Sequence record: DRR723986_8415
Length of the DNA stretch: 64,000 nucleotides
Reading direction: 5' to 3' (one strand)
The position numbers were made by a program, and so were the translations under genes. Below are positions 1 to 9,421 of this stretch, in pieces. Position 1 is the first letter of the stretch, and each line of letters begins with the position of its first letter. Under the pieces are notes generated by a model. That model ran no database searches. It was not told the origin of the DNA and saw only the letters and a list, made by a program, of their open reading frames with translations.

Positions 1-232
1 GGAGCCCGGCAGAATCCCTGCCGGTGGCGTAAGCCACCGGCTTGGAAGTCTCAGGGACCAAAGGCCGGAGGCCGATACATTCATTCGTTATAAATACGCT
101 GTTGAAGCGCGGCTATGTGTCGCCCTCCGGGCTCAAGTGTGGTGCAGTTGTGCTCCGGTGGCTCACGCCACCGGCAAAGGTTGTTTCGCCCTCCGGGCTC
201 TGGGTGGCAAAGGTTGTTTCGTCCTCCGGGCT
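1..232. repeat. REP/BIME-like extragenic palindrome cluster (probably truncated by window start)
   Basis: Hairpin GCCGGTGGC-GTAA-GCCACCGGC (20-41) has an inverted counterpart CCGGTGGC-TCAC-GCCACCGG (155-174). 62-80 is an imperfect inverted copy of 115-133. A 27-nt direct repeat lies at 173-199 and 206-232 with one mismatch. Confidence 0.75.
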
Positions 233-271
233 AAGCAGCTAAGCAGCTTTCGCCGAGCCGCGGCTGTGAGG

Positions 272-1258
272 CTATTGGGCGTCGTGCAAGACTGACTTCT
301 CATCTCTGTACGCAACCATAAGAGTTTCTAAGCAATCGGTTATTTCGTCTCTATCTCCTAGGATGAGCCAGTAGCGATACTCAAATGTTGACTTTGGTCC
401 CAATCGAACACGAGTAATTGGGGCTATGTGTACACAGGGGGCTGCTTCGGGGAGTTCGGACATTTTTTTGACATGAGGTCCAAAATTCCAATGCCGGTTC
501 GCCGTTGGTGAATAGACGGCGACTCCCTGCCCTGATGAATGAAAACAGGCCATCGCATTAAGTGGCGGCTGGGCCTTGCCCCATGGCGGTCCGGCAGCTT
601 GCACCTCTCGGCGCCACTTGCCGTCGCCCAGGTAACTCGCAAAGTGATCAAAGCTTCGTATGAAGTAGCAGGCGGGGACTTCTTGGTGTCGTGCCGTTGC
701 TGGTCCCCAGCGATCACCAGATTGCCGGAAACACTGCAGTCGATTCCGCACTACGATGACGTTCGGCATCTTCTCATCGAAGGTAGTCCATTGCTGCATC
801 GTGGCAGCAGCTTCCTCGTTGGGCATGTCCCACAACTTAGGCACAGTCTCTCCAAATAGGGAGAGCTCGCCTTGCTTTTCAAGTGTTTTCACGCGGGCCC
901 AGGATGAGACACCGCCTCCCTGAATCGGATTCCATGGCCAGGGACTCCAGTTCTTGCTCTGCCCTTCAGTAGTTCGGTCCAGTACTTTTCCCGAGTAGTA
1001 GGACTGTTGGATAAGTCGGCCCGGGTCGTGGATGTTGACAATGTTCTCTGCATGCCACTTGGATGAGAGCCAGGTGATCGCCCCGCCCTTTTGCCGGTCA
1101 ACGCCAACAGTTGCCGTGCCGTTCGTGATTTTCAACACTTCATCTCGCCCAGGCACCTCCTGGGAGCAAGCTGAATGCAGCGGAAAGAAAACTAACGCGA
1201 GCAAAACAATGCAACTGAGAGAATTCATGGCTGGGGCGTCCGGTCGAGATAAGTACAT
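272..1258 (-). CDS. secreted hypothetical protein
   Basis: 328-aa ORF with a signal-peptide-like N-terminus and Trp/Gly-rich body, abutting the sulfatase upstream. True start may be about 10 codons in. Confidence 0.75.
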   Translation of the reverse strand: MYLSRPDAPAMNSLSCIVLLALVFFPLHSACSQEVPGRDEVLKITNGTATVGVDRQKGGAITWLSSKWHAENIVNIHDPGRLIQQSYYSGKVLDRTTEGQSKNWSPWPWNPIQGGGVSSWARVKTLEKQGELSLFGETVPKLWDMPNEEAAATMQQWTTFDEKMPNVIVVRNRLQCFRQSGDRWGPATARHQEVPACYFIRSFDHFASYLGDGKWRREVQAAGPPWGKAQPPLNAMACFHSSGQGVAVYSPTANRHWNFGPHVKKMSELPEAAPCVHIAPITRVRLGPKSTFEYRYWLILGDRDEITDCLETLMVAYRDEKSVLHDAQ

Positions 1259-2719
1259 CTATTTGACTTGTTTCGGCAATTCGTAATTCTGTGATCGGAT
1301 TTCCTCAGGTTGGTCGTCTGTTGGTCGACCATATGCGTCGACCAACGGTGGCTCGACATCACCAGCCATCGTCCGCTCAATGAAATCACTAAGCTTCGAA
1401 GCAGCAGCCGAGTCACTCGCAGTCCATTCAGTTTTCGAAATCAATCGTTCGCTGAGAGGTAACGCTCCGAGGCGGAGTAATCGGCCGTCGCGAAAGTACT
1501 TGTGTGTATGGTTCACGGCGAAAACACTGCGCCGGAACTTTTCTTTATCCCATCCTGGTCGCGGGTCGTACCAGAAGAATGCCGCCTCGCGGCGAACCGC
1601 TTCTTCACCTCGCAAAATCGGAGCGAAACTAACACCGTCGAGTTCCTTGCGCATTGCTGGTTCATGCTCAGCCAGGTCCAACAGAGTCGGAAAGAAATCA
1701 GACGGATCAACAATCCTATCGGTAGTTGCCGGTTGAAACTGGCCCGGCCAACTAATGATCAACGGTACGTGGATTCCCGTCTGTTGCGATGTCGCTTTAC
1801 CTCCACCGATCTGCCGACCGTCTTGCATTTGTGACGTAACGCTCAGGTGTGTGCCATTGTCGCTGTAGAAGATAACGATCGTATCCTGCAATCGCCTCTG
1901 TTCCCTGAGGCCGGATAGGAGCCTGCCGACAATCGTATCCATGTATTCAATCATGTCTTTCTGGTATTTGACATGCGGCTCGGGGGGATCGCGAGGATCC
2001 CAGTCTTCGCTGTTGGGTGTCGGTTCAAAGGGCCAGTGAGGCAGAGCCATTGGGTAGTACACAAACTTGGGTGTAGATTGGTGTTCGGCAAAGAAACCCA
2101 GGATTTTTTCGACCCAAATATCTTCTCCGTAGCGGCCGTCGTAGGTCTTGAGTGTTCCACTTTCGCCGGCTCTTCCTGCTAGCATGGTTGGGTTTGCGTA
2201 ACGCGATCCCTTGTCTTCAGTGTGTAATGCATGGAAAAGTGCGTACTCATCAAAGCCTGCGTCTTTGGGGTGCATACCGGTGCCGCGTCGTTTGGCTGCG
2301 CCGGGAAGGTCCGGTGGATCGTACGATTGCAATTGCCACTTTCCATAGATCGCCGTGGCGTAACCCTTGTCGCGCAACGCGTGTCCAAATGTCTTCTCAT
2401 GTGGATCCAAGATGCCAAAGTACCGCCAATTGCGATGGTTGTACTTTCCGGTCATCAGTTCGACACGAGTTGGCGTGCAAAGTGGTTGAGAGTACGCGTG
2501 TGTAAAGCGAACGCCCTGCGTAGCGAGTTGATCAATGTGAGGTGTTGCGTACGACGTGCCTCCGTAGCATCCGATTCCTTCGATACCGACGTCATCCGCC
2601 ATGATCAACAGAATATTGGGCTTTGCGGCATTGGTTGAATTCGACAGTGCAAGGAGCAAGGCTGCTGCGGTGAGGAGCATTCTCATTGTTGCTGCAACTT
2701 TAGTTTGCGACTGGTGCAT
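1259..2719 (-). CDS. Cys-type sulfatase (arylsulfatase A-like)
   Basis: Signal peptide, KPNILLIMADD, CTPTR formylglycine motif, GKWQL, SDNG. Confidence 0.93.
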   Translation of the reverse strand: MHQSQTKVAATMRMLLTAAALLLALSNSTNAAKPNILLIMADDVGIEGIGCYGGTSYATPHIDQLATQGVRFTHAYSQPLCTPTRVELMTGKYNHRNWRYFGILDPHEKTFGHALRDKGYATAIYGKWQLQSYDPPDLPGAAKRRGTGMHPKDAGFDEYALFHALHTEDKGSRYANPTMLAGRAGESGTLKTYDGRYGEDIWVEKILGFFAEHQSTPKFVYYPMALPHWPFEPTPNSEDWDPRDPPEPHVKYQKDMIEYMDTIVGRLLSGLREQRRLQDTIVIFYSDNGTHLSVTSQMQDGRQIGGGKATSQQTGIHVPLIISWPGQFQPATTDRIVDPSDFFPTLLDLAEHEPAMRKELDGVSFAPILRGEEAVRREAAFFWYDPRPGWDKEKFRRSVFAVNHTHKYFRDGRLLRLGALPLSERLISKTEWTASDSAAASKLSDFIERTMAGDVEPPLVDAYGRPTDDQPEEIRSQNYELPKQVK

Positions 2720-2911
2720 TAATGGTGCTCAACTGCAGGGGCGGTGCGAAATCGGTTTGCATGAGATCGCATTGAATATAGTCGAATCGGCCCGTGTTCG
2801 CGTTCACCATACGCCAAGAAGATATCGCTATCATGGTGACAGCTAAATTCGTGGTTGGTAATCTTACCAACCAAGCCACTACAATCGAATTCCTTTCGTG
2901 CTCCTGCCCCG

Positions 2912-4456
2912 ATGAACCGAACCGTTAAAATTCACCTGCCTAGAATGTGTAATCCTCTGAGCAGCGCAATTCCGATATTGTTACTTTTGTCTCTCTGTTC
3001 ACTGGATGTTGTTTTCGCAAGCGATGTGATCGCTCAGCGACCAAACATTGTGTTGATCATCGCCGATGACATGAATTGGGACGATTGCGGTGCTTACGGG
3101 CATCCTGCCATTCGAACACCGAACATCGACCGAATGGCTGCTGAAGGCCTGTTGTTCCGCAACGCTTACTTGACGACCAACTCTTGTAGCCCTTCGCGAG
3201 CTAGCATCATCACCGGCAAGTACCCGCACAATACCGGCGCAGAACAACTGCATTGGCCGATCCCCGCTGGTACAAAGACGTTTGTAGCCGATTTGAAGAA
3301 TGCCGGTTACTACACGGCTGCTGCTGGAAAGTGGCACATGGGCGATTCGGTGCGGGACCATTTCGACAAAATCTATGAGGCGTCAACGGCCGGTTTTGTT
3401 CTGCCGTCAGGAAAAGACGGCGAGCCGCCGAAGATGATTGCGAAGCAACCTAGCGGATGCGAAGATTGGGAGCGTGCACTGGAAGAACGCGAGCCGGCCA
3501 AGCCGTTTTTTATGTGGCTAGCCGCCTTGGATCCGCATCGAGAGTACTCGCCCGGTGCCCTTGATCCGCCGCACAAATTGACAGACGTTATCGTTCCTCA
3601 ACATCTACCAGATACGCCTCAGGTCCGGGAGGATCTTAGGTTGTATTACGACGAAATTGGAAGGCTGGATGGATACGTCGGCAAAGTGCTTGACACATTG
3701 AAGCGTCAGAACGTAGACGACAACACTATTGTTGTGTTCATTAGTGACAACGGGCGGCCTTTCCCGCGTGACAAAACGACACTCTATGACGGCGGAATCC
3801 GCACGCCTTGGATCGTGCGGTGGCCCAGCAAAATCGCCGCTGGACAAACAACCGATGCACTCGTAAGTTCCGTTGATTTGGCTGCTACGTTTCTCGATGT
3901 TGCCCGTGTAGACGCCCCAGCTTCTGCAACTGACTCGAGCAAGAGCTTCACTCAAGTACTCGCGGATACCAATGCCGGTCACCGAGAGTTCGCGTTTGCT
4001 GAAGATCACTGGCACGACTACGAAGACCATGCTCGCAGTGTTATCAGCAAACAGTACAAATTGATTCGAAACGATTACGTTGACCTACCGCCAACGCCCT
4101 CTGCTGATGCAGGTCGCGGCTTAACTTGGCAGAACATGCTCACGCTTCAGAAAGCGGGACAACTTCCGAAACATCAGCAAAGCTGTTTCCTCGCTCCCCG
4201 CCAAACGTGGGAACTCTACGATCTGCAGCGAGATCCTGGCGAGCTTCGCAACTTGGCAACTGATCCCGCGTACGCAAACGTGCTCATGAAGATGAAGACG
4301 GCATTGTCGCAGTGGACGGACAACACTAGCGACTACATTCCAAGTGTCCGAACTCCTGATGAATTCGACCGCATCACTGGGGAGCCCGACCACACTGTGC
4401 GAGTTCGGCCGCGAAAATCGAAAAAGGAAATGTTCGGTACCAACGGCAAGTATTGA
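2912..4456 (+). CDS. Cys-type sulfatase (N-sulfoglucosamine sulfohydrolase-like)
   Basis: RPNIVLIIADD, CSPSR, GKWH, DPHR, SDNGRPFPRDK, ELYDLQRDPGE. Start uncertain (2855/2912/2945). Confidence 0.92.
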   Translation: MNRTVKIHLPRMCNPLSSAIPILLLLSLCSLDVVFASDVIAQRPNIVLIIADDMNWDDCGAYGHPAIRTPNIDRMAAEGLLFRNAYLTTNSCSPSRASIITGKYPHNTGAEQLHWPIPAGTKTFVADLKNAGYYTAAAGKWHMGDSVRDHFDKIYEASTAGFVLPSGKDGEPPKMIAKQPSGCEDWERALEEREPAKPFFMWLAALDPHREYSPGALDPPHKLTDVIVPQHLPDTPQVREDLRLYYDEIGRLDGYVGKVLDTLKRQNVDDNTIVVFISDNGRPFPRDKTTLYDGGIRTPWIVRWPSKIAAGQTTDALVSSVDLAATFLDVARVDAPASATDSSKSFTQVLADTNAGHREFAFAEDHWHDYEDHARSVISKQYKLIRNDYVDLPPTPSADAGRGLTWQNMLTLQKAGQLPKHQQSCFLAPRQTWELYDLQRDPGELRNLATDPAYANVLMKMKTALSQWTDNTSDYIPSVRTPDEFDRITGEPDHTVRVRPRKSKKEMFGTNGKY

Positions 4457-4512
4457 TGTCAATGACTCAAGGCGTTCGACCTCCCCCATATTTATCAATG
4501 AACGGAAACACC

Positions 4513-5376
4513 ATGAAAATCGCCGTCACAGCAGCAAGCGGGAAGCTTGGCTCCGAGATCATTCGTGAATTGATCCCAGTTGTTGGTGCGGACCAAGTCG
4601 TCGGGCTCGCACGCACTCCTCAGAAAGCGCAATCCCTAGGAATTGAGATCCGCCCCGGTGACTACAACGCGCCAAATCAACTGGCAGAGTCGCTCGCAGG
4701 CATTGATTCATTGCTGATCGTATCCGGCATGGACGCTCCGGAAAAACGCATTGTTCAGCATCGCAATGTCATAGAATCAGCCAAGGCTGCCGGTGTTAGC
4801 AAGCTTGTTTACACCAGCATACAAGGCGCCGAGTCCGAGACAGGATTCTCGCCGATTGTCCAGAGCAATCGACAAACGGAAGAAGACGTCCGCGCAAGCG
4901 GGTTGGCTTGGTGCATCGGACGCAACGGAATCTACATTGAACCTGACATCGAGTATCTTGAAACCTACAAACGGCTCGGCGAAATCGCCAACTGCGCTGG
5001 CGACGCGAAATGCGGTTATACGATTCGCTCCGAACTGGCTTACGCCTATTCGAAGATGTTGCTTACCGCAGACCATGACGGAAACACTTACAACTTGCAT
5101 GGCGAATCACTAACACAACAGCAACTTGCCGATTACCTGAACGGGGCTTTCGGAACCAGTCTCGCCTACCGATCGATGTCGGTTGATCAGTATCGAGAAG
5201 AGCGAATCGCCGAGCTGGGCGACTTCCTCGGAACTGTCATCGCCGGAATCTATGAAGGCATCCGCGAAGGAGCATCCAACAACGAAAGCCATTTTGCTAG
5301 AGCTGCCGGGCGACCGCATCAGAGCTGGCCGGCATACTTTGAGAAGCTTTCGAGCGAAAAGAGTGGTGGTGTATGA
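4513..5376 (+). CDS. NmrA/QOR2 (YtfG)-like NAD(P)H-binding atypical SDR oxidoreductase
   Basis: MKIAVTAASGKLG Rossmann start, GDYN, HRNVIESAKAAGV, YTSI, RNGIY. Confidence 0.88.
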   Translation: MKIAVTAASGKLGSEIIRELIPVVGADQVVGLARTPQKAQSLGIEIRPGDYNAPNQLAESLAGIDSLLIVSGMDAPEKRIVQHRNVIESAKAAGVSKLVYTSIQGAESETGFSPIVQSNRQTEEDVRASGLAWCIGRNGIYIEPDIEYLETYKRLGEIANCAGDAKCGYTIRSELAYAYSKMLLTADHDGNTYNLHGESLTQQQLADYLNGAFGTSLAYRSMSVDQYREERIAELGDFLGTVIAGIYEGIREGASNNESHFARAAGRPHQSWPAYFEKLSSEKSGGV

Positions 5377-6254
5377 TTATTGCCTTGCGATGCATCGTCA
5401 TGATCAGCGTTTTCTCTGCAAGTTCTGTTATCGCTCAGGAGCTAACTCCGAACGTCCCCTATCAAACCGGCGGCCATGAACGGCAGGTGCTTGATATCTA
5501 CACGCCTAAAGAAGCTTCAACCCGGCCGCTTCCCGTTGTGTTTTGGATCCACGGTGGCGGCTGGCAGACGGGTGATAAAGCGAATGTGGAGTTGAAGCCC
5601 AGGTTCTTCACTCAGCGAGGATTCGTCTTCGTCTCCACGAACTACAGACTGCTTCCGAGTGTATCGATGGAGGAATTGGTTCTCGACATTGCAACGTCAC
5701 TTAGCTGGGTTCACCGCAACATTGCGACGCACGGTGGGGATCGGAATCGAATCATCGTGGCCGGGCATTCCGCCGGGGCGCAGCTTGCCGCGTTAATGTG
5801 CACCGACCATAGCTTCCTACGAGATCAGGGCGTCTCACCGGAATGTTTGATCGGCTGCATCCCGGTCGACGGCGACACGTATGATATTCCCAAAGTGATC
5901 CTGTCGGCCGAGTTCAATCAAGCTCTCTATGGCGGTCCACCGATTACGTTCGGTCATCGCCAGAAGTTTGGTAACGACCCACGAAAACACATTAGTTTTT
6001 CGCCGGTCACCCACGTACAAGCAGACAGAGGGATTCCGCCGTTCTTGATTTTGTACTTCTCGGGAAATCCCCAAACTGTTGCTCAAGCAAAACTACTGGA
6101 GCGGGTACTGCGCGACGCCGACGTTCCAGTGAAAGCACTGGGAAAACGCGACACCAACCACCGTCGCTTGAACAACGAACTCGGACTTCAAGGTGATCCC
6201 GCCACGGAAGGCGTGGTCGAATTCCTTGATGGCCTGATCGGTCCAGACAAATGA
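5373..6254 (+). CDS. secreted alpha/beta hydrolase (HSL-like carboxylesterase)
   Basis: LDIY, IHGGGW oxyanion motif, NYRL, GHSAG nucleophile. ATGA overlap with the previous gene. Confidence 0.9.
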   Translation: MIIALRCIVMISVFSASSVIAQELTPNVPYQTGGHERQVLDIYTPKEASTRPLPVVFWIHGGGWQTGDKANVELKPRFFTQRGFVFVSTNYRLLPSVSMEELVLDIATSLSWVHRNIATHGGDRNRIIVAGHSAGAQLAALMCTDHSFLRDQGVSPECLIGCIPVDGDTYDIPKVILSAEFNQALYGGPPITFGHRQKFGNDPRKHISFSPVTHVQADRGIPPFLILYFSGNPQTVAQAKLLERVLRDADVPVKALGKRDTNHRRLNNELGLQGDPATEGVVEFLDGLIGPDK

Positions 6255-7198
6255 CACGTCCGAAATGCCTGCTCAAGTCTCTGGTTCTACTAATCGCTTT
6301 ATCGCTGGTGCCCACCGACTGCTTCGCGCAAGCAATTGACCTGACCGGTGATGCCGGCAAGCTTCTATCGCTTCCGAAGTTGAGTGCCGGCAAGCCATGT
6401 GCTGGACATTTCGTAAAAGTGACGCCGCCCGAGTACCGGGGAACGGACGTTCATCACGCTGTTTATCTTCCTGATCGCTGGACTGCAGACGGCCCACAAC
6501 TGCCGATCATATTTGAGTACACCGGTAATCTCTTTCCCCAAAGTGGCTCGACTGGACTTGTACAAGACGCTGCACTCGGTTACTCCGCTTCTGCGGGGAA
6601 TTTCATTTGGGTTCCACTTCCGATGATAAATGCGGACAAATCCGGCAATGAAGTCACGTGGTGGGGCGATCAGAGAGCGACGGTCGATTACGCAAAGACG
6701 TACGTTCCGCGAATCATTAAGCGGTACAACGCGGATCCGAACATGGTGTTTCTGTCTGGATTCTCACGAGGCGCAATCGGGGTGAACTTTATTGGCTTGC
6801 ATGATGATGAAATTGCAAGCTTGTGGACCGCCTTCATTGCTCACGATCATTTTGATGGAGTGCGGGCGTGGAAGGCTCCCTGGGGTGCTCCGCTGGCCAA
6901 GTATCAAGCCGCTGCGAAACGACGCCTTGCACGCGTAGCCGGTCGTCCGTACTGGGTTAGCCAGAATGGAAACGTGGCGAACACCGAAGCTTTCATCCGG
7001 GGCTGCACCGCGAGCTGCAAGAACTTTCGATTTGTTCCTATTCCAACCCGAGAGATCTTAGGCGAATTCCCCAATCGAATCGCTCTGACAAGCCATACCG
7101 ATCGTTGGCCGCTGGTTCCTAGCAGGCAACGCGATCAACTGCGGCAATGGATGCAGGAAGTTGTGGATCAAGCAACAGAGTCCGAGACGCCGCGCTAG
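6251..7198 (+). CDS. secreted alpha/beta-hydrolase-fold protein
   Basis: Signal peptide, VYLPD, GFSRG nucleophile-elbow motif. ATGA overlap. Confidence 0.72.
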   Translation: MTRPKCLLKSLVLLIALSLVPTDCFAQAIDLTGDAGKLLSLPKLSAGKPCAGHFVKVTPPEYRGTDVHHAVYLPDRWTADGPQLPIIFEYTGNLFPQSGSTGLVQDAALGYSASAGNFIWVPLPMINADKSGNEVTWWGDQRATVDYAKTYVPRIIKRYNADPNMVFLSGFSRGAIGVNFIGLHDDEIASLWTAFIAHDHFDGVRAWKAPWGAPLAKYQAAAKRRLARVAGRPYWVSQNGNVANTEAFIRGCTASCKNFRFVPIPTREILGEFPNRIALTSHTDRWPLVPSRQRDQLRQWMQEVVDQATESETPR

Positions 7199-7349
7199 TA
7201 TGCACTCACGCGGCCCGTCGAAGCGCAGGAGCATTCCGGTCGGTATCTCTGAGCAGCAAATTTTGGTTGGTACCGTCATTGCCCAGTCATTGATGCTAAA
7301 CTAACGGTCCCTCCTGACTCATCGGAAACCATCACCAGGGATATAAATC

Positions 7350-8681
7350 TTGCGGTCGAAACTCGCCTCATCATCGCTCATTCACCACGCTAGTCTGTGC
7401 ACCGCATTTCTTCTAGCTGCGTTGCCTGGTTCAATTGCTTTCGGCCAATGGCCTGATCGCCACGGACCGACGCTTGATGGACACGTTGCTGCAGCCGATG
7501 CGGCAGGTTTGCCAACGACGTGGAGCGAGACTGAAAACATCGCTTGGAAAGCCCCACTGCATGATGAGGGCCATTCTTCACCAGTGGTGCTCGAGAACAA
7601 GGTTTGGCTCACGGCCGCGACCGAAGATGGAACCAAACAATATGTGATCTGCATTGACGAAACTTCAGGCGAGGTCCTGCACGATAAGCTGCTATTTGAA
7701 AACGACGACGTCGAACCGCTGGGTGGCGCTGTTGGATTCAATAACTACGCCGCACCAAGTCCAGTACTTTCCCCCGGAGCAGTATTTGTTCACTTCGGTA
7801 GCTACGGCACTGCTAGGTTGAACGCGGAGACTGCCGAGGTTGTATGGGAGCGTCGCGATTTAGAATGTCGCCACTTTCGCGGACCGGGTTCTTCGCCCGT
7901 GTTAGTTGGTGAGAAGCTGATCTTGACCTTTGATGGAATCGATCAGCAGTACACAGTCGCCCTTGATGCGAAGACAGGCAAGACGATCTGGAGAACGGAT
8001 CGCAGTACTGATTACGGCGACCTAGATGAAAACGGCAAGCCGAAGCGAGATGGTGACTTCCGAAAGGCTTACTGTACGCCGGGAACTGCCACCGTTGGTG
8101 ACCAGCTTCAAATTCTATCTGTTGGCTCACGTGCGATGCAGAGCTACGATGCCGCGACGGGCAAGGAACTTTGGACGCTTCGCCACGGTAGCTACAACGC
8201 TGGCATTCGACCGCTTTGGCTTCCCAAACAAAGGCTTGCACTAATCAACACTGGTTCGCGCGGCGCAGAACTGGTCGCCGTCCGTCTAGACGAAACCACT
8301 TCGGGGGATATCACCGAAAGTCATGTTGAATGGAGCTACAAGAAAGGGAACCCGCGGTTTTCGATGCCGATCTACAGCGATGGGCTCATCTTCCAGGTAA
8401 ACGACCTTGGCGTCGTCGTATGTCTTGACGCAGCGGACGGAAAACAACTGTGGAAAGGCAGAGCGGCTGGCAACTATCGCGCCTCCCCAATCTTGGCTGG
8501 CGACCGCCTCTATTTTTTCAGTGAAGACGGCCTCGGGACAGTGCTTCGTGCTGGTAGGCAGTTTGAACGAATTGCCAGCAGCAAAGTCGAAGAGCTTGGG
8601 ACGACCGCCTGCCCCGCTGTTTCTAAGGGAGCAATCTTTGTCCGCGGCAAGAGCCATCTGTTCAAGATTTCCAACCAGTAG
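7350..8681 (+). CDS. PQQ-like beta-propeller repeat protein (BamB-like)
   Basis: Signal peptide, QWPDRHGP, WSETENIAWK, repeated SSP/ASP and D..TG...W blades. Confidence 0.9.
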   Translation: MRSKLASSSLIHHASLCTAFLLAALPGSIAFGQWPDRHGPTLDGHVAAADAAGLPTTWSETENIAWKAPLHDEGHSSPVVLENKVWLTAATEDGTKQYVICIDETSGEVLHDKLLFENDDVEPLGGAVGFNNYAAPSPVLSPGAVFVHFGSYGTARLNAETAEVVWERRDLECRHFRGPGSSPVLVGEKLILTFDGIDQQYTVALDAKTGKTIWRTDRSTDYGDLDENGKPKRDGDFRKAYCTPGTATVGDQLQILSVGSRAMQSYDAATGKELWTLRHGSYNAGIRPLWLPKQRLALINTGSRGAELVAVRLDETTSGDITESHVEWSYKKGNPRFSMPIYSDGLIFQVNDLGVVVCLDAADGKQLWKGRAAGNYRASPILAGDRLYFFSEDGLGTVLRAGRQFERIASSKVEELGTTACPAVSKGAIFVRGKSHLFKISNQ

Positions 8682-8869
8682 CATCCGGCTCGTCATTGCT
8701 GCGAGCTGGGAAGCGCAAAAGTAGCTTGGCGATAGCCGGTTCGCAGTCCGTTGCGCGAGTGTCGGGAAATTTCTCGAATTTTGTGGTAATTCTGAACCGC
8801 TGGGGAATTAGCTAAATACCGAGACACATCCGCTGTGGATTTGTAGCATCCGCTCCGAAGATTGAAGCC

Positions 8870-9421
8870 GTGACTGAGCGAGACGAAGAATACAATCGAT
8901 TCGTAGCACTCCTTGCTCGTAGCGAACAATCGATTCGCCGTCTAGTACGTTTCTTAATGCCATCGCCTGATGGTGTCGACGACGTGATGCAAGATGTTGC
9001 ACTTGAGTGTTGGAAGAAATTCGACCAGTTTTCTTGCAGCGATCTTGATAGGCAGGCGGAGGAGTTTATTCGTTGGGCCAACGTCATCGCACGATTCAAA
9101 GTCATGAGCTGGCAGCGCGATCGATCTCGGGACCGCCTGGTGTTTCGGGATGCTGTCGTTGAGAAATTGTTCGAGTCCGCAGGGGCTGGTGACGGTCAAT
9201 TGCAAAAGGAGCGGGACGCGGTTGACGCGTGCCTTAAGGAGTTGCCATTGGACCAGCGGCGGCTTGTCTTAAGCGTTCACACGCCAGGAGACTCGGTGCA
9301 GAGTATCGCCGCAGAAACGGGTAAGAAGGTTCGGCAGTTGTACACCATCGTCAATAACCTACGGTCATTGCTACTTGCGTGCATTCGTCGGCGAGTGGCA
9401 GCGGAGGGACACGGTGGATAG
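8870..9421 (+). CDS. ECF sigma-70 factor (Planctomycete/Verrucomicrobia type)
   Basis: 183 aa with DDVMQDV region 2, F..WA..IARF, CLKELP region 4 and LL.CI.RR terminus. Overlaps the anti-sigma gene. Confidence 0.9.
   Translation: MTERDEEYNRFVALLARSEQSIRRLVRFLMPSPDGVDDVMQDVALECWKKFDQFSCSDLDRQAEEFIRWANVIARFKVMSWQRDRSRDRLVFRDAVVEKLFESAGAGDGQLQKERDAVDACLKELPLDQRRLVLSVHTPGDSVQSIAAETGKKVRQLYTIVNNLRSLLLACIRRRVAAEGHGG

Noticed and set aside
1-232. Possible CRISPR array
   Set aside because: Repeats are inverted and irregularly spaced, with no unique equal-length spacers and no cas genes.
42-242. 66-aa ORF with repeated VVSPSGL
   Set aside because: Translation of the palindromic repeat cluster; no sign of a real gene.
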